This document shows positions 59,380 to 64,000 of a stretch of 64,000 bases of DNA, piece after piece. Source of the stretch: Candidatus Poribacteria bacterium (lineage in GTDB: Bacteria; Poribacteria; WGA-4E; PCPOR2b). The notes under the pieces were generated by a model. The model had not been told where the DNA came from and searched no databases. It saw only the letters and a list, made by a program, of their open reading frames with translations. The position numbers and the translations under genes are program-made. Where the stretch lies: contig OZ244042.1 of assembly GCA_965215015.1 (NCBI GenBank), positions 544,001 through 608,000 of the forward strand, read 5' to 3'. Each line of letters starts with the position of its first letter. The first letter of the stretch is position 1.

Positions 59380-60711
59380 CTACCACTGATAGCGTCCAGC
59401 GCGCGCGGGACCATTAGCTTTGGTATTATTCACCATCATATCAATAAACTGCTCATTTGTCTTTGTTTTTCCCAACTGTTCGACGAGGAGTTCCATTGAT
59501 TCAGCGGTGCTCATCTGTCCCATGAATTTGCGCAGGATCCACGCTTTGCTGAGTATCTCTGGCTTCAAAAGCAGCTCTTCGCGCCTGGTCTTCGATTTAC
59601 CGATGTCGATGGAGGGGAAAATACGTCGTTCTAGCAGAGAACGCTCTAGGTGGATTTCCATGTTTGCAGTACCTTTTAACTCCTCATAAATATGTTCATC
59701 GCCTCGACTTTCGGTATCAACCAATACGGTAGCTATGATTGTTAAGCTGCCGCCTTCCTCGAACTTTCGGGCCGCCCCGAAAAACTGACGAGGCTTTAGA
59801 AACGCGAGTGCGTCAATACCGCCTGACAATGTTTTACCACTATGCGGTGCCACAACGTTACAGGCTCGCACGAGGCGTGTCATACTATCCAGCATAATCA
59901 CAACGTCCTTGCCATATTCGACCCACCGTTTCGCCTTTTCAATGACCATATCCGCAACTTGCACATGCCGTTCCGGATGCTCGTCAAAAGTCGAGCTGAT
60001 AACTTCCCCTTTTACGGACCGGGAAACATCTGTTACTTCTTCTGGACGCTCATCAATTAGCAGGAAAATCATCATGACTTCCGGATGATTCTCCTCAATA
60101 CCGTGTGCGATATTTTTTAAGATTGTAGTTTTGCCACTGTAGGGGGGGGCTACAATCAGTCCACGCTGTCCCTTACCGATCGGAGACATCAAATCCACAA
60201 TGCGTGTAGAAAACTCCCTCGGATTATGTTCAAGCCTTAGCTGTTCGTGCGGGTAAACAGGGGTCAGGTTATCGAAAAGGATTTTATCCTTTGCGACCGC
60301 TGGTGCTTCGCTATTGACCTGTTCGATTTTTAACAATGCAAAGTAGAATTCATCTTTGTCGCCACCCTTTTTAGGGGGACGGATTTGTCCCTGAACCTCG
60401 TGACCTGTCCGGAGGTCAAATTTGCGTATTTGCGAGGGAGAGACATAAATATCATCGGTACTTTGCAAATAGTTATAGCTAGATGACCGGAGGAAGCCGT
60501 ATTTTTCTGGTAAAATTTCAAGGATGCCTTCTCCGAATAACATGCCGCTGCTTTCCGCTTTGGCTTCAACAATTTGGGCAATAAGCTCTTGCTTGCGGAG
60601 ACTACTGTATCCTGTCAGCCCAAGCTTCCGAGCCATACCATTCAATTCGGAGATCGTCATCTCTTGGAGTTTGACAATGTCCACATTCTCCATAATCTTG
60701 TTGCTCCTCAT
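59380..60711 (-). CDS. rho: Transcription termination factor Rho
   Basis: [48 protein letters not shown]. Confidence 0.98.
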   Translation of the reverse strand: MRSNKIMENVDIVKLQEMTISELNGMARKLGLTGYSSLRKQELIAQIVEAKAESSGMLFGEGILEILPEKYGFLRSSSYNYLQSTDDIYVSPSQIRKFDLRTGHEVQGQIRPPKKGGDKDEFYFALLKIEQVNSEAPAVAKDKILFDNLTPVYPHEQLRLEHNPREFSTRIVDLMSPIGKGQRGLIVAPPYSGKTTILKNIAHGIEENHPEVMMIFLLIDERPEEVTDVSRSVKGEVISSTFDEHPERHVQVADMVIEKAKRWVEYGKDVVIMLDSMTRLVRACNVVAPHSGKTLSGGIDALAFLKPRQFFGAARKFEEGGSLTIIATVLVDTESRGDEHIYEELKGTANMEIHLERSLLERRIFPSIDIGKSKTRREELLLKPEILSKAWILRKFMGQMSTAESMELLVEQLGKTKTNEQFIDMMVNNTKANGPARAGRYQW

Positions 60712-61156
60712 TGCGAGATTCTAACCGTTTACAGATTGCCTAACACTCATATCGCTTAAACCAACCCAAAATTAGCACAAAGCATTTGCAGTAGGCAATC
60801 GACAGTTAATGCTGTGTTTTGAAAAAGATGATATGCTCCAAAGGATCATGTAACGGGTAAGTGACAGCATCATAGAGAGGAGATGTGCAACAACTCACCA
60901 GTTGGCCGCCTATAATTTGTGATCCTTGGCAGCGTAGTGGGGGGAAACTATCGAAAAGAAAATTGGATCAAATTAAAATTAAAGATAAGGATACGCAGAA
61001 TAGCGGTTGGTTAAATCTTGAGTGAAAAGGAATTCCCAAATGGGGTAACATAAGAAAGAAGAGGTGTCAAATCAGCGTTTATTAAGGTGTTCCAGATAAT
61101 GTAAATCGTTTGTATTAGACAATTGTTGGAGGGAATTATTCCTATTAACAACGGAC

Positions 61157-61186
61157 ATTATACACTAGTGGATCATTCAACGTCAA
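61157..61186 (-). promoter_or_regulatory. Sigma70 promoter of rho (long 5' leader)
   Basis: TTGACG-18 nt-TATAAT about 445 bp upstream of the rho start. Confidence 0.6.
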
Positions 61187-61259
61187 GATGTTTTTGAAGA
61201 ACATCAGAAATATGTCGAATTAATTAATAGAATAGCATCTTCAAAGTTAGCGAATTTCC

Positions 61260-62264
61260 TTAACTTCCTTCAGCGGAATCGGTTTGGGTTTCACCTTCTA
61301 CACCTGTCGTCAACTGTAAGAAGAGTTCCTCGAGTGTCATTTCGATGGAACGCATTTCAAGCAAGCTCCAACCGTGCTGAATAATGCTAGACGAAACCGC
61401 CGCGCGAATATCCGTATTTAGTTCATAATTGATGTGGAATGTTGGATTGATGTTGTCGTTCAAGCCTCGGCTTTCGACACAATTGACACCGGGCAGATTT
61501 TCGAGGACAGTTTTGACCTCTGCCTCTGGGCCCAATACCTCCAGATAAAGGGTTTTCGTCTCGCCCAACTCCGTGTGCCCGTCATCACCTGCGTCAATAG
61601 AAACGGCGTGTCCATCTGAGAGTCTTACACCACCGGCGATTTTGCCGTCATTGATTACGATTAGCCGCTCACAGGTCATACTCGCTTCAGGGAGGATATG
61701 CGTGCTGAGGATGATTGTGTGTTCCTTACCGAGTCCCTTGATCAGCTCACGAATCTCAATAATCTGCCGTGGATCGAGCCCGGCGGTCGGTTCATCGAGG
61801 ACAATGACATCTGGATCGTGAATTAGTGCCTGCGCTAAGCCGACCCGCTGACGATAGCCTTTGGACAGCTGCCCGATAATCTGCTCTCGCCGCTCGGTCA
61901 AACCACAGGATTCAACCGCCATCTCCAATCGCTCGGCGCGTTTGCTTCGCGGTACGCCTTTAATCTTTGACACAAATTTGAGGTAGCCGGTGACGGTCAT
62001 TTCCGGGTAAAGCGGCACACTTTCAGGCAGATAGCCGATACGCTTACGAACTTCCAAGGATTGCTTGAAAACATCGTATCCCGCGACTGTTGCATTTCCG
62101 CCGCTGGCGGGCATAAAACAGGTCAAAATTCGCATGGTGGTGGTTTTGCCAGCACCATTTGGTCCTAAAAAACCGATGACTTCGCCCTTGTCAATACGAA
62201 AGGAAATCCCTTTCAATGCCTGAAATGGCCCGTAATTTTTTGTGAGATCTTCAACTTCGATCAT
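61260..62264 (-). CDS. ABC-2 type transporter ATP-binding protein (GldA-like)
   Basis: GPNGAGKTT, LSKGYRQRVG, LDEPT.GLDP.Q, STHIL. Confidence 0.95.
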   Translation of the reverse strand: MIEVEDLTKNYGPFQALKGISFRIDKGEVIGFLGPNGAGKTTTMRILTCFMPASGGNATVAGYDVFKQSLEVRKRIGYLPESVPLYPEMTVTGYLKFVSKIKGVPRSKRAERLEMAVESCGLTERREQIIGQLSKGYRQRVGLAQALIHDPDVIVLDEPTAGLDPRQIIEIRELIKGLGKEHTIILSTHILPEASMTCERLIVINDGKIAGGVRLSDGHAVSIDAGDDGHTELGETKTLYLEVLGPEAEVKTVLENLPGVNCVESRGLNDNINPTFHINYELNTDIRAAVSSSIIQHGWSLLEMRSIEMTLEELFLQLTTGVEGETQTDSAEGS

Positions 62265-62589
62265 CCACCAATCTCCCGTGATAAATCTGTTTGCTGTCAA
62301 GGAGTCGTCGCCCGTCAAATCGCGGCACTGCCCCGAAGAATTGCTTGAAAATCCCGATGCCCTTCATATCGTCCGTTCCTCTAACGCCGGTACAACCACT
62401 TTGGTTACGAAACTCAAGCAAATGATAAATAATGAATACATAGGGTTTGATTCCTAACTGTATTGATTTTATCTGCCGTAAACCCTTTGACGGAATTTTG
62501 GACATAAGGTTGATTGGACGTATTACTTCGATAGACGATGTAGCAGGAATTCCGTGAGGCTCGTGACCTTGATATTACAATTGCTCTCG

Positions 62590-62945
62590 TCAATCCCTGT
62601 AGGATCAGTTCTCGGCTTTCTGTCGGTTCTGTGGGATAAATCGCTATCAGGAAGTCGCTCTCCGATAGATCGGGATGCAAGCACTTACAGTGAGATGTTG
62701 GGATTCGGAGATCTCTCCTATAGGAGAACTAAATATCCCTATCGATCTTGTAGGGGAACTGCATCTATAATAGAAATTAGGCAAGTGACCAATCAGAAGT
62801 TGGGGCGAACCCCGTCATGGTGCAGAGAGTAACCTCGATGGCTTCACCGTTTCCTAAACCACAGGCGATCTTCGGTTAGGCAACCTGTGGCTACTATAGG
62901 AAGAGGGTTACGGCATACGACGTATGCCGAGACTACTATATGCCG
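62590..62945. repeat. Cluster of degenerate REP-like palindromic repeats
   Basis: GGTTACGGCATACGACGTATGCC (62906-62928) matches 42937-42959 at 22/23. Further imperfect hairpins bounded by GTAG/CTAC-like ends. No credible ORF. Confidence 0.5.
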
Positions 62946-63123
62946 CCTACTGATGTGTTCATTCGTGCGTTGGTGTATTGGTTACGGCACGATCACAGGG
63001 GTTAGGAAGCCCCGATAAGATTGAGAGGATGCGCTGTGGCTACGATTCGATCTCGATTGTCGTATACCAAAGGTCTACACAATAATTTACATGCAATTGC
63101 CCTAATCAATCTTTGAAATTCGA

Positions 63124-63152
63124 TTGACGGGCTCTACAATTTTTGATATACT
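63124..63152 (+). promoter_or_regulatory. Sigma70 promoter
   Basis: TTGACG-17 nt-TATACT with extended TG. Confidence 0.65.
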
Positions 63153-63198
63153 GAGCACGGTTTTATCTGCTTAAATCAATCTATCTAAGGAGCGGAGT

Positions 63199-64000
63199 AT
63201 GAAAATTGACAAGATTGAATCCTTCTTTATCGGTGGCGGCTATGTGGTTCGCATTCATACTGATAACGGTATCAGTGGCATTGGTCAAACCGCTTGTTGG
63301 GGGTACCCTGAAGCGGTCGAGAGAATCGTCGCAACTTTTGAAAAATACCTAATTGGTCAGAATCCCCTGCGTATTGAACACCACTGGCAGTATCTCTACC
63401 GTATGGGTCCGTTTCGCGGCACCGCCCTCTGTGGCGCAATCAGTGCGGTGGATATTGCGTTGTGGGATATCAAGGGAAAGCATTTCGGTGTGCCGGTATG
63501 GGAGTTATTGGGGGGGAACTGTCGTGACAAAATTCGTCTGCATCTTATGGCTGGTGGCTCGACGCCAGAAACGATGTTTCAGACTGCGAAAGATGCGGTG
63601 GCGGAGGGGTTCACTGCGCTGAAGTTCGATCCGGTGATCGGCGGCTATCAGGACATGGCGTTAGATCGCTTGGTCAAAACTGCTCGCGATCTGGTCGCAG
63701 CGGCGCGAGAGGGAGGCGGGCCCGATCTCGATCTTATCGTCGAAGTTCACCGCAAACTCACACCAATGAACGGGATTGTCTTGGCGGAAGCGTTGACACC
63801 GTTTAATATCTACTTCCTTGAAGACCCTATCCAGATCGACAGCATTGTGTCACAGGCGGAACTCGCCAAGCGGATGACTGTCCCCCTAGGGAACGGTGAA
63901 CGCTTGACCACCATCTGGGAGTTCCGTGAATTGCTCGCGACCGGGGGACCTCAGTATGTTCGACCGGATGTAGCATTAGCAGGTGGGTTGACCCAATGCA
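63199..64000 (+). CDS. Mandelate racemase/muconate lactonizing enzyme family (galactonate dehydratase-like), partial
   Basis: Manual translation MKIDKIESF...TDNGISGIG...AISAVDIALWDIKGK..GVPV.ELLGG...ALKF...EVH...EDP...GER...RPD. AAGGAG RBS. Runs off the window end. Confidence 0.92.
   Translation, partial: MKIDKIESFFIGGGYVVRIHTDNGISGIGQTACWGYPEAVERIVATFEKYLIGQNPLRIEHHWQYLYRMGPFRGTALCGAISAVDIALWDIKGKHFGVPVWELLGGNCRDKIRLHLMAGGSTPETMFQTAKDAVAEGFTALKFDPVIGGYQDMALDRLVKTARDLVAAAREGGGPDLDLIVEVHRKLTPMNGIVLAEALTPFNIYFLEDPIQIDSIVSQAELAKRMTVPLGNGERLTTIWEFRELLATGGPQYVRPDVALAGGLTQC

Noticed and set aside
4272-62832. Numerous short antisense or alternate-frame ORFs in the track
   Set aside because: They overlap well-supported genes, lack RBS and motifs, and are shadow frames.
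63353-63622. 89-aa plus-strand ORF in the track
   Set aside because: Alternate frame within the real enolase-superfamily gene starting at 63199.

Overview
Bacterial chromosomal window of about 50 genes. The gene content (three PhyH dioxygenases, an FGE-sulfatase-domain lipoprotein, a DUF6785-type membrane protein, giant TPR proteins, amidohydrolases and enolase-family enzymes) resembles Candidatus Poribacteria; that assignment is inference only. Housekeeping genes include coaE, iscU/iscA-type genes, uxuA, queF, dprA, truA and rho-rpmE-[phyH]-prfA-prmC, plus two ECF sigma/anti-sigma loci. A clear cobalamin riboswitch with promoter and terminator lies at the left end. I saw no rRNA, tRNA, CRISPR array or intact transposase. 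Most interesting signals: (1) a 186-bp ORF-less IS200/IS605-type mini-element (TTAC|...TCAA) that appears to retain a TnpB omega/reRNA scaffold; (2) an FGE/CLec lipoprotein whose 3' end has the codon signature of a DGR variable region with no RT in the window; (3) two MITEs with TAGGACTTACGCA-type ends and 5-bp target duplications, one separating the Shine-Dalgarno from the ATG of the B12-riboswitch gene; (4) a tandem double-Hfq/Sm protein; (5) a methyltransferase plus SPL-type radical SAM cassette behind an hsdS remnant; (6) a 150-aa in-frame insert with a 114-bp duplication in an S1/P1-like nuclease; (7) a duplicated promoter-plus-hairpin module and candidate sRNA; (8) probable pseudo-enzymes (His-less HtrA, Cys-deficient IscU). 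All family calls come from motif recognition by eye; no database search was run.
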